From the NCBI RefSeq assembly GCF_006345805.1, contig NC_043001.1:75826001-75890000 (forward strand): a DNA stretch of 64,000 bases, written 5' to 3'. This document shows positions 25,822 through 39,830 of the stretch, one piece after another. Position 1 is the stretch's first letter, and every line of letters starts with the position of its first letter. The position numbers and the translations under genes were made by a program. The notes beneath the pieces are model-generated. The model searched no databases, was not told the origin of the DNA, and worked only from the letters and a program-made list of their open reading frames with translations. The DNA is from Octopus sinensis (Eukaryota).

Positions 25822-26664
25822 AAATGAGATAGGGTTGAAAATTCAACCCACCATGGGATAACATATATCCATATACTGCTAGAGAGGTTACCCAACAACT
25901 AATACATAATGTTAAAAATTGCGGTGCAATTAATTCATCTACTGTATTATGTGTGCAAGGGTAAAAATATTACCGTAAATTATAATACAAATGAGAAAAT
26001 GGAGAAACATATTTAAATCAATCAATCATCAACCATCAGATAATACCCAATCAATACTTTATTACACCATTACATAACAGCAAAGACATTATACATAATA
26101 TATTGTAAATATAACTAGACATGGAAATAGAAATATAAAATACAATTACATCATATCTGACAGCTGTTTCGGCCGTGAGGACAAGTATGTCTCATTTAAC
26201 CCATTAGCCATATAAAGCAGGTATAAATGAGACATTAACAAGGATGTCTCACGGCCTATATTGTATCATTGTATTAATGTGTATATATATATGTGTAGAA
26301 TTATGAGTGTCTATGCACACATTTTTATATTTTATATTTTTATATTTATATGTAAATTTTTTTCACACATATATTAAATTCTCTGAAGAGGCCGTGAGAC
26401 ATCCTTGTTAATGTCTCATTTATACATGCTTTATATGGCTAATGGGTTAAATGAGACATACTTGTCCTCACGGCCGAAACAGCTGTCAGATATAATGTAA
26501 TTGTATTTTATATTTATATTTCCATGTCTAGTTATATTTACAATATATTATGTATAATGTCTTTGCTGTTATGTAATGGTGTAATAAAGTATTGATTGGG
26601 TATTATCTGATGGTTGATGATTGATTGATTTAAGTATGTTTCTCCAATTTTTCATTTTGTATAT
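25822..26664. mobile_element. Hammerhead-bearing asymmetric palindrome, unit 1
   Basis: Arms about 25981-26256 and 26390-26664, 133-bp spacer, unique tail 25822-25980 on the left, (TA)n flanks. Confidence 0.8.
26366..26497 (+). ncRNA. Type I hammerhead ribozyme with very long helix II
   Basis: UCU-CUGAAGA(26383-89)-GGCCGUGAG...CUCACGGCC(26467-75)-GAAA-CAGCUGUC(26487)/AGA. Palindromic ACAGCUGU stem III, GUC cleavage triplet. Confidence 0.75.
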
Positions 26665-26832
26665 ATATATATATATTATTCATATATATTCATTAGCTGT
26701 GTATATATATGAATATATATATATTAATATAATATATATATATTATATATATATATATATTAATATATATATTATTCATATATATAACACTATATATATT
26801 AATATATATATATATATAATATATATACAGAC

Positions 26833-26921
<89 letters not shown>

Positions 26922-27130
26922 TAGATTGACAGATATATGTAATAAAATATATTTACATATTTGACCGGTTTCGCTTGTGCTAATCATGACTAAGAAGTTA
27001 GTGATAATGTTACAATTTCATGCTATCATAATTACTTTTTATCCCATGTTAGTAGGAAAAATGATATGTTATACATATATGTATATAAGCAAAATATCAC
27101 TTCTTCTACTAACTTGGATTTATATATATA

Positions 27131-27165
<35 letters not shown>

Positions 27166-27169
<4 letters not shown>

Positions 27170-27330
27170 CATACATACAAATATACGTAAATATCTATAC
27201 ATGTGTGTATGTTATATATGATATGCTTACTCATATGCAGAAACGTAAATGTTTCTCTTTCTCCCCCTCTGTGTGTATATATGTATATATTATATATACA
27301 CACAAAACATGTATATATATATATATATAT

Positions 27331-27418
<88 letters not shown>

Positions 27419-27578
27419 GTTTGTGTGTATATAGATATATATATATATATATATATACATACATACACACAAGGGGGAGGAGAGAAAAGCATGAGAAAAG
27501 AATTACGTCTGCATATGAGTAAGCATATCATATATAACACACACACATGTATAGATATTTACGTATATTGTATGTATG

Positions 27579-27590
<12 letters not shown>
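27166..27590. repeat. Inverted duplication centred on a (TA)n tract
   Basis: cagacatacatacaaatatacgtaaatatctatacatg...tgatatgcttactcatatgcag mirrored at 27505-27590. Confidence 0.8.
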
Positions 27591-27631
<41 letters not shown>

Positions 27632-27633
<2 letters not shown>

Positions 27634-28247
27634 CAATTAAGGACAACTACTTAATAAGGAAAACTTAACAAGAAATTGTCAGGTAGATAGCGTAAAAACC
27701 CATAAGAGAAAAAATTCGAAAATAATTATTTTATTGAACATATTAATTTATATATAGAGGGCATTATACATACATGCCAGAAGGCATTATACATACATGC
27801 CAAAACGCTAAGAGGACAATTAGTCATTTCTACCAAAATATTACTAATCCCACCGAATGCAATTTTTCAAAGTAAGACATTTAAAAAAATATAGACCTGT
27901 ATCCAGTGATTTCATACTTACGTACTCATCAGCAGGCCTGAATGTATTATAAATAAACAACGACCCTGCCCCGCTTAAGCCGATCGTTGATGTTGAGCAG
28001 TTAGCTGATCGGCTTAAGCGGGGCAGGGTCGTGTTATTTTATAATACATTCAGGCCTGCTGATGAGTACGTAAGTATGAAATCACTGTGATACAGGTCTA
28101 TATTTTTTTAATGTCTTACTTTGAAAAATTGCATTCGGTGGGATTAGTAATATTTTGGTAGAAATGACTAATTGTCCCTCTTAGCGTTTGGCATGTATGT
28201 ATAATGCCTTCTGGCATGATGTATAATGCCCTCTATATATATTAATA
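27632..28247. mobile_element. Hammerhead-bearing asymmetric palindrome, unit 2
   Basis: Arms 27742-27985 and 28007-28247, 21-nt loop, tail 27632-27741 on the left only. The same tail recurs at 63905-64000. Confidence 0.82.
28052..28099 (+). ncRNA. Type I hammerhead ribozyme; mirror copy on the minus strand at 27893-27939
   Basis: AGGCCUG-CUGAUGA-GUAC(GUAA)GUAU-GAA-AUCA(CUG)UGAU-A/CAGGUCU. All three stems pair; predicted cleavage after 28092. Confidence 0.85.
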
Positions 28248-28260
28248 TATATATTATAAT

Positions 28261-28315
<55 letters not shown>

Positions 28316-28545
28316 TTACATTTCCAAGTTAGTTAGAAAGAGTGATTTATTTTGCTTATATACATATATATATAAATATCGTTTGTCCTACTAAAATGGG
28401 ATAAAAAGTAATTATGATAGCATGAAATTGTAAACGTTATCACTAACTTCTTAGTCATGATTAGCACAAGCGAAACCGGTCAAACATGAAAATATATTTT
28501 ATTTTCATATATCTGTCATCAATCTATCTATTATCTATCTATATC

Positions 28546-28589
<44 letters not shown>

Positions 28590-28637
28590 GTATGTCTATA
28601 TATATTATATATATATTATATATATAATATATATATA

Positions 28638-29791
<1,154 letters not shown>

Positions 29792-30589
29792 TCACTATGT
29801 ATGTATGAATGTATGTATACATGTACGCGGCGGCGGTGGTGACTGTGGTGGTTATAATGTTGTGTTTGTAGATGTTCGTGGTGGTAGCATTGGCAAATTA
29901 GTAAAATAAACTATCACTCGACGCTTACTACAAGCATGCCAGTTTGAAGTCATTGGCGACCAGTAGTTTTGTCAACAAATAAGAAAACTTTCTGAGACGT
30001 TACTTTCGACCCCTCTCAGCCCCTATTGTATTTAACTCGACTAGAGAACTATATCCACTTGCACACATCCAGTAACAAGCGATATTATACAATAGGAATG
30101 GCGGTGAGCCGGCAGAATTATTAACAGGCCAGTCTAAATGCTTCGGCCGAAAAGCTAGTTTTGTGTCAAACTTTGATTCCAAGGTTTATCAAAAAGCAAC
30201 ACAAGATACCGGGTTACCTTCAGACTACAGGGTATAGCCTGGATAATTCAATGTCAAATCTATTACAAGTTAACTAAATGCCAGGTGTGATGTTGTTAAA
30301 CTGACTCAGGTATATCTGTGTGCGTGCGTGAGTGTGTGTGTGTGTGTGTGTGTTCGTTTATGTGCATGTTTGTGAGTGTGAGTGTGTGCGCGTGTGTGTG
30401 CGTAAGTGTGTGCATGCCCCCTTGAAAGCACAAAGGCACACACACACACGCCGTTATGAAGAATGCACTGCGCCGTTATGAAAGCATACACACACTGCGC
30501 CATTATGAAGAATACACTGGGAAAACTTTCTTGTGAGGATCGATGTCTCAGTCTTCCAAACATTAATTGTCATACATGCCTCGCAGCAC

Positions 30590-30870
30590 TTGCAGTGAAC
30601 CCGTTCAGCATGGACAGCTCTCACCTCTAGTTCTACAGACGTATGATTAGAATATCACCGGAAGGAATAGCAAAATGGATCCTTCAAGCTAAACCAACCA
30701 GGAGACCTAGGCGTTGACTATGAATGAAATGGTTGGATAATATATTTAATCTCTGTTGGCCATGCATGAGAATCCAGTCGGAAATCCTAATGACGCTTGC
30801 TTCTGATAGGGTACCTGAGGACTCTGCTCCCACGAATCCCCTGAGGATAGTGGACGGAGAAGATGGATGG
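30590..30870 (+). mobile_element. RTE-like LINE 3' remnant
   Basis: Peptide WILQAKPTRRPRR..MKWLDNIFNL resembles the RTE C-terminal 'RPRGRP..RW.D' region. Confidence 0.45.
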
Positions 30871-30899
30871 AGAGAATAAAATGACGGAAGAATAATCAC

Positions 30900-31187
30900 A
30901 CCCCGAATGTGTTCGGTTATAAGCCTGCTTACTCAGATCTGACCTGGTATAAAAAAAGGTAAACCTATGCCGACTCACAAGGGCCGGTTTCCCGGTTTCA
31001 TGGTGTGCATATCCGCACTAGGATGGGACGCCGGTCCGTCGTATAATTACTCATTTTGCCAGCTCAGTAGACAACGTGAAACGAAGTGTTTTGCTCAAGA
31101 ACACAAGGCGATGCTCGGTGCAGGAAATGAATCCACAATCTTACGATTATAAGTCCAATACTCTAACCCTAAGTCACGCGCCCCCCA
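30900..31187 (-). mobile_element. SINE, family C-related
   Basis: Homologous to 17002-17261. Confidence 0.75.
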
Positions 31188-31421
31188 CACATCTGATCTG
31201 GGTCAAAGCTACATTATCATCATCAACAACAGCAACCACAGCAAACAATAAAAACAAGTACAAGACCGAGATAAAATATTTAGTAAGATTCAATGATCAT
31301 AGTAATATATTATTGAAAGGCATGGCTATCTTTTGCTATGTAACATTTTACAAGCCACAAGTATTTTTACACTAATGTTTAGACGTCATTTAATATGCTT
31401 TCTTCCATTTAGTTTCTTCTT

Positions 31422-31502
<81 letters not shown>

Positions 31503-31749
31503 GTTGTTGTTATTGTTGTTATTATTATTATTATTGATGTTGTTGTTGTTGTTGTTGTTGTTATTACTATTATTATTCGTCTTCTTTTTGTTTTTCTTCT
31601 CTTCCTTTTCCCCTTCTGTTCATTGCTTACAACACTGGCTTCAAAGTCTGAGTAAATATAACAGTTTTGTAATTTAGAGTGTCTACTTCTTATCTCGATA
31701 TGCGTGTGTGTGATGTGTGTGCATGTATGTGTATATATGTATACACATA

Positions 31750-31841
<92 letters not shown>

Positions 31842-32802
31842 CAATATATGTATATATATATATTACATATATACATATATATAATATATATATATATATA
31901 ACACACACATATATATATACATATATATATATATAAACACACACATATATATATATGTATATAGATGTATGTGTATATATATATTTGTTTGTTTGTCTTT
32001 ATTTTCTTTGTTTTTTTTTAATTTTTCGAAATAAAAAGATCAAGCTTTCATTAATCTTGACTTATATGAGTTACACATGATACGAAAACATCTTTCAATA
32101 GTTAATTCTTCCATTTTGACTGTGAGAATAATAAACGAAGAATGAATGATAAAACAAAAATCGCTGTCAGTTAAAACAATTGTTTGTTTTATATTTGGAA
32201 GAAACACAAATTCTTCGACTGGGCAGATCTAGTTTACGAAGCTATTTTTCACTTTAAATGCTGGAGTCTGGATTGGTTGCATGTTTTGGTTAGACTGTAC
32301 AAACGTCTTGTTAACAACTACATCTATAATTGAACATATTTCATTTTTACTGATTTTTAGAAAGAAAAAGCAAAGAAATTATCAGATTAATTATTTCCCA
32401 ACGCTTTCGCCAATAGTTAACATTTTTGTCTACGCAATTATTGTTGCAAATGTTATTTAACTCCAGGTTTATGGTGAACGAGCAGACGTCTAAGTAGAAA
32501 CGTTTCAGCTGTAGCCATTCCGTTTTTTTCTCTCTATTTTGTATTTTTTTTCAATCTGTCCTCGGCTTTTTTTCAAAAAACAATTCAAGACAATGAAAAG
32601 TGGTTTTCAGGATATTTGGTAGCTATTTCTAACGTGTCGAACAACATCAAACAGACATTCTTGTCTAAAATGGTGGAATAGGAAGAAACAGCGTAATGTT
32701 TGCGTCTTTTTTTTTTTGCGAAACGTATCCTTTCTTTACACCATCGTTGTTGCCGTTGTATTTGTGCTGTTGTTATTGTGTTGTTATTGTTGTTGCTGCT
32801 GC

Positions 32803-32857
<55 letters not shown>

Positions 32858-33169
32858 GGTAGTGGTGGTGGTGGTGGTGATGATGATATTTAGCTTCAGA
32901 TCTGCCGTGATGGAACAAACGTCTGATCATAAGTGTTTCCAAATGTAGCCAATCTGTCTATTTCGAAATACAATATCTTCCTTCATTCTTTTAAGACGAG
33001 GGATGTGATTTACAGAAAATTTGACTGTCATTTCATGCAGGTCGAGCAACTATATAGGCTTTCTTGTTCGAAATGACTAAAGAAAATGGTGAAATGAAAT
33101 GATTTCTTTCCTGTTTTTCCATCGGTAAGCGAATTCTGATATTTATACTTTAGTCCAACTTTCCTTATT

Positions 33170-33380
33170 TACTCTTTTACTCTTTTACTTATTTCAGTCA
33201 TTTGACTGTGGTCATGCAGGAGCACCGCCTTTAGTCGAGAAAATCGACCCCAGGACTTATTCTTTGTAAACCTAGTACTTATTCTATCGGTCTCTTTTGC
33301 CGAAACGTTAAGTTACGGCGACGTAAACACACCAGCATCGGTTGTCAAGCGATGTTAGGAGGACAAACACAGGCACACAA
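33170..33380 (-). mobile_element. SINE family A, 3' half
   Basis: Reverse complement of the family A tail (tttactcttttactc...cggttgtcaagcgatg). Confidence 0.85.
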
Positions 33381-33420
33381 ACACACACACACACACACAC
33401 ACACATACATATATATATAT

Positions 33421-34578
33421 ATCTTTATATATATAAAACTAAGAATGTGTGTATGTCTGTCAGTGCGTTTCCCTAAAACTTGAGAACTACACAACCAATT
33501 TCATTCAAATTTTACACATGCCTTACTTAGGATCCGGGGAGTGTCATCGGCAAAAAATTTTAAAACTTTTTGCCTAGGGCGAGCCCACAGCAATATCATA
33601 TCTTCTCCACTACGATTCCCTAAAACTTGAGAACTACACAACTAATTCCATTCAAATTTTACACATGCCTTACTTATGGTCCATGTAGTTTCATGGGCAA
33701 ACAAATGTTCAACTTCTTGCCTAGAGCGAGCCCATAGCAATATCATATCTTCTCCACTATTTCAGTATTACGTGTTAAAAGTGAAACAAAAGCGTTTCTC
33801 TAGTTTATGTCAGATACTTTCACTTTAACAATAAAAATAATAATAACAATTGAATTATATGTAGTAAGTAATAATTAAAATCAAACTAAAGTATAATATA
33901 ATCGTAACATAACAAAAGTAAAAATAGCAATTGGTATAAAATTGCATCAATGATTTGAACTTGAATAAATGGTTTCACATGAATGGGAATAACTTAAAAA
34001 TAAAATTAGCCTGCAGAAATGGAATAGTCTAGATGGATAATAAAAAATTAAATTAAAGAAAAGACTATTGTCTATAAAGTATACAATGTAGAGAAAAAAG
34101 ATTTGAACACATGGAAGAAAGCACCTTCGAAAAGTGTCTTGGTGCGACTATGAAAAGTATCTAATCAGAGGCGGTAAATTCGCCACAATAGAAGCAAGGT
34201 TCGAGTCAACGGAGCGTACAAGGGAGTACTCGACTCGAACTTGCAAAGTGGAAATATTTTATTTTTACCATTATATCTTGGACATAGGACGTCCCGGAAA
34301 AAATTAAAATGCCCCCCCCCCCCGAAGTAGAGGTAGGCTGGATTGTAGCCACACTTCTATACAAGAGGGAGGACAATATACAATTGATCGAAATTACAAG
34401 AGACGGGCTAACAATTCCAGTCTGTTATCACTAGCGATATCAAGATATAACTTTGTATTTTGTATTTTATGTGTAGATGTATATATATATAGATGTACAT
34501 GTAATATGTACACATATATATACACATATATACATGCACTAGCACTATGACCCGGCAACGACGGGTCTTTAATGCTAC
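33421..34578 (+). mobile_element. Non-autonomous Helitron-like element with two tandem 147-bp internal repeats
   Basis: 5' atctttatatatataaaact...gtatgtctgtc; repeats start at 33469 and 33616; subterminal hairpin gacccg(gcaacga)cgggtc at 34549-34567 followed by ctacta (CTAG-like). Confidence 0.55.
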
Positions 34579-34625
34579 TATAATATATATATATATATTA
34601 TATGTATATACATATACATATATAC

Positions 34626-34740
34626 GACGGGCTTCTTTCAGTTTCCGTCTACCAAATCCACTCACAAGGTGCCACGCTGTGGGACTGAACCCGGAACCAT
34701 GTGGTTGGTATGCAAGCTACTTACACGCAGCCACTCCTAC
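34626..34740 (-). mobile_element. SINE family A, 5' part with internal deletion
   Basis: Reverse complement of the family A head; the segment between gcaccttg and tgagtggatttgg is missing. Confidence 0.8.
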
Positions 34741-35354
34741 GCCTATATAAGCAATGAAAACGTAAAATAAATTAAATAACTAAAGCCTGAGAAACACTGA
34801 AATCTCTTGGGGAGCTTTGCCGCAGCTCTTCTTCTTGAGGATTATAACTGGTGTGGTTCTTCGGTCGTTTGATAGAATGTCTTGCAGTATGTAGAATGTC
34901 TTTCAGTAAAGGTTAACTGAAGAGACACCAGCCTGTCAAGGCGAACAATAGAAAAGCTTTGAATTGAATTCATTTGCATATGCAAATGCTGAAGACAGAG
35001 TCAATTCTTGAAAGACTTTAGCACTCTTTTACATTTGTTGAAAAGTAGAGTATTTGGCGTCTAGCATGTTAAATTAGAGGTTTCTGTGCAGCAAAATAGA
35101 CCTCATTTACGGTGATAATGTCAAAATCTGGCCACTAGGGAATTCTTCCTTTGTGCATAAATCCAATACTTCATTACACCACACAACAATTATGCCTGCT
35201 ACGTTTTAATACAAAATTAACTGCAATACTTACATCCATAATTCTGTGTTACCTACATATAGGACTGAGACGGCTATTTCCTACGGCATCCTTGTTTCGC
35301 TCACTTTGTCTTTTCCTAATCACTGTAGATCCTTCACATTCTGTTTGCATTTAG

Positions 35355-35471
35355 TGAATATACCGCAAGCATCAAATTAGTCCCACATATTAGACGACGT
35401 CTTTCTTCAAAAGTGGATCAGCGGAATACGATGACTATGGCAAACTCACGGCTAAACGCGTTTAAATTAGA
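35355..35471 (+). CDS. Candidate exon (phase 2 to 2), EYTASIKLVPHIRRRLSSKVDQRNTMTMANSRLNAFKL(E)
   Basis: Acceptor ttctgtttgcatttag|, donor AGA|gtaacc, open frame, CpG-containing non-repeat sequence. Joins in frame to 39772. Confidence 0.4.
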
Positions 35472-36044
35472 GTAACCGTCTCTTAAATAAGTTGCCTAAC
35501 GTGTACAATCAACTCGTAACGGCTAATCATATTTAATGGAGATCTATAATTGTAATGCTGCTCTGATGTTCAACCTAGTGACACTTCAGTTTCCTAGTGC
35601 TGCTGTTGATGTGTATTTATCGATCAGTTATAACTTCACCGTCATTCCTTTAAGGCGAAGAACAGGCAAAGTTGTTAGTTCAAATCCCGCTAAAGTCAAC
35701 TTTGCCTTTCCTCTTTTCTTGGTCGATGAAAAAATATATCAATTCAGAGAGGATGATCGATGGAGCTGTCAGAGAGTCAGGTTAGATGCGTTGTGCTATA
35801 TGTTCCACCTTTCTGCGATTCTGACTGTAATGCCAGCAACAAAAACTAGCTCAAGCTGTCAGCTAGACTTCGTTCGACGAAATTTCGACTTCAAAATCAC
35901 AGACACTCCTCTTCTAAAAGTAAGCTTAACATGTACTTTGTAAAATGCGCTGAATATTTTTTGGCATGCGTGTGTGTGTGTGGTGTGTGTGTGTGTGTGT
36001 GTGTATGTGTGTGTGTGTTTGTGTGTGTGTGCGTGTGCGTTTGG

Positions 36045-36075
<31 letters not shown>

Positions 36076-36077
36076 CA

Positions 36078-36432
36078 TATACATATGGCGCATGAAGGCG
36101 CATGGCTCAGGGGTTAAAATGTCAGACTCACAATCGTGAGGTTGTAAGATCCATTCCCAGACCAAATTTTATGTTGTGCTCTTGAGCAAGACACTTTATT
36201 TCACGTTGCTCCAGTTCACTCAGATGTAGAAATGAGTTGCAACGTCACTGGTGCCAAATTGTATACGCCTTTACATTTCCCTTCGATAACACCAGTGGCG
36301 TAGAGAGGAAAGGCCAGTATGCATGGAGGACTGCTGGTCTTCCATGAACAACTTTGCCCAGACTTGTGTCTGGGAGGAGAAATTTCCAGATGCAATCCTA
36401 TAGTCTTTCATAACCGAAGGTGGTCTTTACCC
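36078..36432 (+). mobile_element. SINE, family C-related
   Basis: tRNA-like head plus 'ttgagcaagacactttatttcacgttgctccagt' domain. Confidence 0.75.
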
Positions 36433-36443
36433 TTTAAATTATG

Positions 36444-36487
<44 letters not shown>

Positions 36488-36572
36488 TATATATATACTA
36501 TATATATATATATATATATATATCAAGAGGGAGCGGGAGAGAATGAAAGCGATAGATAGATAGATAGATAGG

Positions 36573-36678
<106 letters not shown>

Positions 36679-38094
36679 TTTGGGTGATTGATTGATTGAT
36701 TGAAATTATTGATTGACAGAAATGTTAAAATGTTGCTATAGGAAACCATAAATGCCATTGGAATTCCAACAAAACCGGATCTTGGAAATGTATTTGCAAT
36801 TTAGTAGTAATTTCATATCATTACAAAAAACAAAAGTACTGATAAATTGTGAATACAGCGTCGAAATCCGGTTACGTAAGTCTATGTAATGCCAAGAAGT
36901 AAACTAATCACACCAATGGCAGTGCTTCATGATGGTAAGTGCCTCAAGGCGGAACAAGTAAAAATGAAAGTAACACGCGCAATCACAATAACGAAGGGAA
37001 AATAAGTCTTTAATTGTATACAGATATCAAACCTCTAAATTTTTCTAAAGAAACAATAGAATACGTCTTATCTACCTTTTTGAGTAGTTGCTAGACCACA
37101 ATAAAACACACACAATCAAACAAACAAGATAAAAGGATTTAAGCAGTATTCTATGTGTTTTTATATCGCATGTATATAGACCATTTCCCATGAGTACTTG
37201 AAATGAAATCTTAAATCATAGCTGGTATAAACTATAACAAAAGACCAGCAGGAGGTCCGAGCAAGTTTATATCTTAGACGAAAGCTTACCTCAATGCAAC
37301 CCAGGAGTAATTAATCTTTGCAAATTTTAAAATGCTACATTTGTAAGCGATGGAAAACTAAAACCGAAGACAATAGTGTTGTCATTATCAATTTTGAACG
37401 AATGTCCTCTCGATGTAATCTTTACAACATGCAACATGTGGTAGCCAGAGTAAGTAGAATAAAGTAAGAAATAACAACGAATAATGAAGAACATATTCAG
37501 ACGATAGACCAAAATAAAATTGGTGGAACGTACAATTTTAAACATAACTGACCTAATACTGTTGCGGTTTGAATCCAAAACTAAAAGCATGCATAGTTGA
37601 AGAATTCAGCCGCCCGCTTCTTATCGGCGTGTATCAAAAATGTAGAGAAAAGATCTGGAATGGAAAAAATAAATGTAACTTTATCAGGATATAGTATGTT
37701 AGATAAGTATTGTTTGTGAATATAGTAAAAACATACAGTATTACGCTAGGAACATACAGTGTTTATCGTGATAGGTTTGAGACTTCAAGATAGGAAAGTG
37801 ATTTTTATAAGGATTGTATTATCGATTTTTGTCAGAAAGTTTTCAAGGAAGTTATAAATACACCAAGTATGTTGACATCGGCATAGAAACAAACCTGATA
37901 GTAAAACCAAAGCCAACTACCCGCAGGAAAAAAATGATCAGTCGCCTGCAGTCGGAATGCAATATCCTTAATCACGTCCTGTCATCTGATGCAACAGCCT
38001 CCCTGAGCCTATTCTTCCATGCCTGCATACCTATAAACGTACATGCATAAGTATAAGCATTTATGCATTCATATAAACATAATCCAACATGAAT

Positions 38095-38872
38095 CCAGCT
38101 TCATGTTGGCAGTGTCTGCAAGAAAGGCACGACTGAGGAGGATCCTGGTGAAGAGCTTGCCCGGGATGCAGAGGAGGGTGATGCCTCTGTGGTTGCTGCA
38201 GACGAGTTTGTCGCCCTTCCGTTTCCAGAAGGGGAGGATGATGTCTCGGGTCCAGTCATTTGGGAGTCACTCTGACACCACACATAGTTGATGACGTGAG
38301 TGTGTCACTGGATAATGTTTTCTCCACTTACCTTCAACATCTCCGCGGTGATAATGCAGACTCTAGGGGTTTTGCGGTCGCTGAGATTTTTCAGGGCGAC
38401 ACAGACTGCTCTATCTCCTCGAATACGAAGCTCCGCATCTACAATGCACCGGTCATCTCCATCCTCCTCTTTGGAGCAGGAAATTGATCCCTATTGAAGT
38501 GGCCCGGCAAAGAGAATCGATGTCTCCAGTAACAGATCTCTGAGAACGGTCGTGGACATCAGATAATACCATCATGTTTACAAGAAAGAACTGCGTCCAC
38601 ATATACATAAACCTGCAGCATTCCACCTTACTGTGCTGTGCTGGTATGGACATTTCCTCCGTTTCCCGCCAAATCATCTTAACAGGACCTTGCTATCATT
38701 TGACGCAGTAGCTGTGGGGTGGAAGAGGCCATATGGCAGGCCTCACACCAGATGGCTGGACATGATTAAGGATGATGTCAAGAGGCTCGACGTCACCTTG
38801 GAGGATATAGAGGAGTTAGCACGGGACCGTCAGAGATGGACAGCACTGGTGGAGCTGGTCAGCTCTACGTAA
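38095..38872. mobile_element. RTE-clade LINE remnant with inverted 5' RT segment
   Basis: Minus 38095-38275: DWTRDIILPFWKRKGDKLVCSNHRGITLLCIPGKLFTRILL. Plus 38280-38872: TKLRIYNA.VISILLFG...WYGHFLR...RPYGRPHTRWLDMIKDD...ARDRQRW. Confidence 0.85.
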
Positions 38873-38960
38873 GATGGTGTCTCTTAGACCCCCTAACCTG
38901 TGATGATCCCAACACCATCAAGAAAGCGCGTGAAACAAGCGAACAAGTATATAAACATAA

Positions 38961-39005
<45 letters not shown>

Positions 39006-39771
39006 TATTGCCATACATATACATTTGCAAACACACATACTTACAAACCTACATATTCATATGCATACAAACATACATGCTTAAACACATTCAAACATAC
39101 TTATCTACATGCTAATATACTAACGTGTATACATATGTGTGTGTGTGCGTGTGTGTATGTACATATTATCACACATACATACATAGATACAAACGTACAT
39201 ACATACATAGATACAAAAGTATATATCCACATACAAACATAGAACATTCGTAATACATATACATAAACCCGTTTATGCACACTCACGTATATGCATGTAC
39301 ATATGTACATGTATATAAATACACATATACAAGCAAGCATTGTACAGATCTACATATATACACACGCACACGCACACGCACACATATATTTTATATATAC
39401 ATATATCTTTCCATACATATATACATTTATAGTCATATACATATACATACATTTATACGCATCTACACACACACACATATATACGTACACACATTCATGT
39501 ACATAGATATACAAATAACATTCATATATACAGGCATTCATACATACATAGATTTATACACATACACATATGTATTCACGCATTTATGCACATGAACACA
39601 CACACATACAACACACATTAGATACATTATTGTCCGTTTACTTTAATCCATAAATCACTGAGGTGCAAGCAATGTTAGCAGAAACTGTCTGATTTAAAGA
39701 AAAGTTAGACTAAGTAAGCGATTATTCCGCCGTGAAGCAAAACTGTTAATTAATCTGAATAATGCTTTCAG

Positions 39772-39830
39772 GACCCTTAACGGACGCAATAGAAGTTATA
39801 GCATGGAAGATATTCATCAGAATTTAACAG
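39772..39830 (+). CDS. Candidate exon (phase 2 to 1), TLNGRNRSYSMEDIHQNLT
   Basis: Acceptor aatgctttcag|, donor CAG|gtaatt, open frame with a protein-like RSYSMEDI motif. Confidence 0.5.

Larger units (their letters stand above)
26828..28600. repeat. Outer inverted duplication (26828-27120 and 28305-28600), including (GATA)n mirrored as (TATC)n
   Basis: gaccggtttcgcttgtgctaatcatgactaagaagttagtgataa versus its reverse complement at 28437-28481; many small indels between arms. Confidence 0.85.

Noticed and set aside
33041-33124. Acceptor and gtaagc donor pair
   Set aside because: All three frames contain stops.
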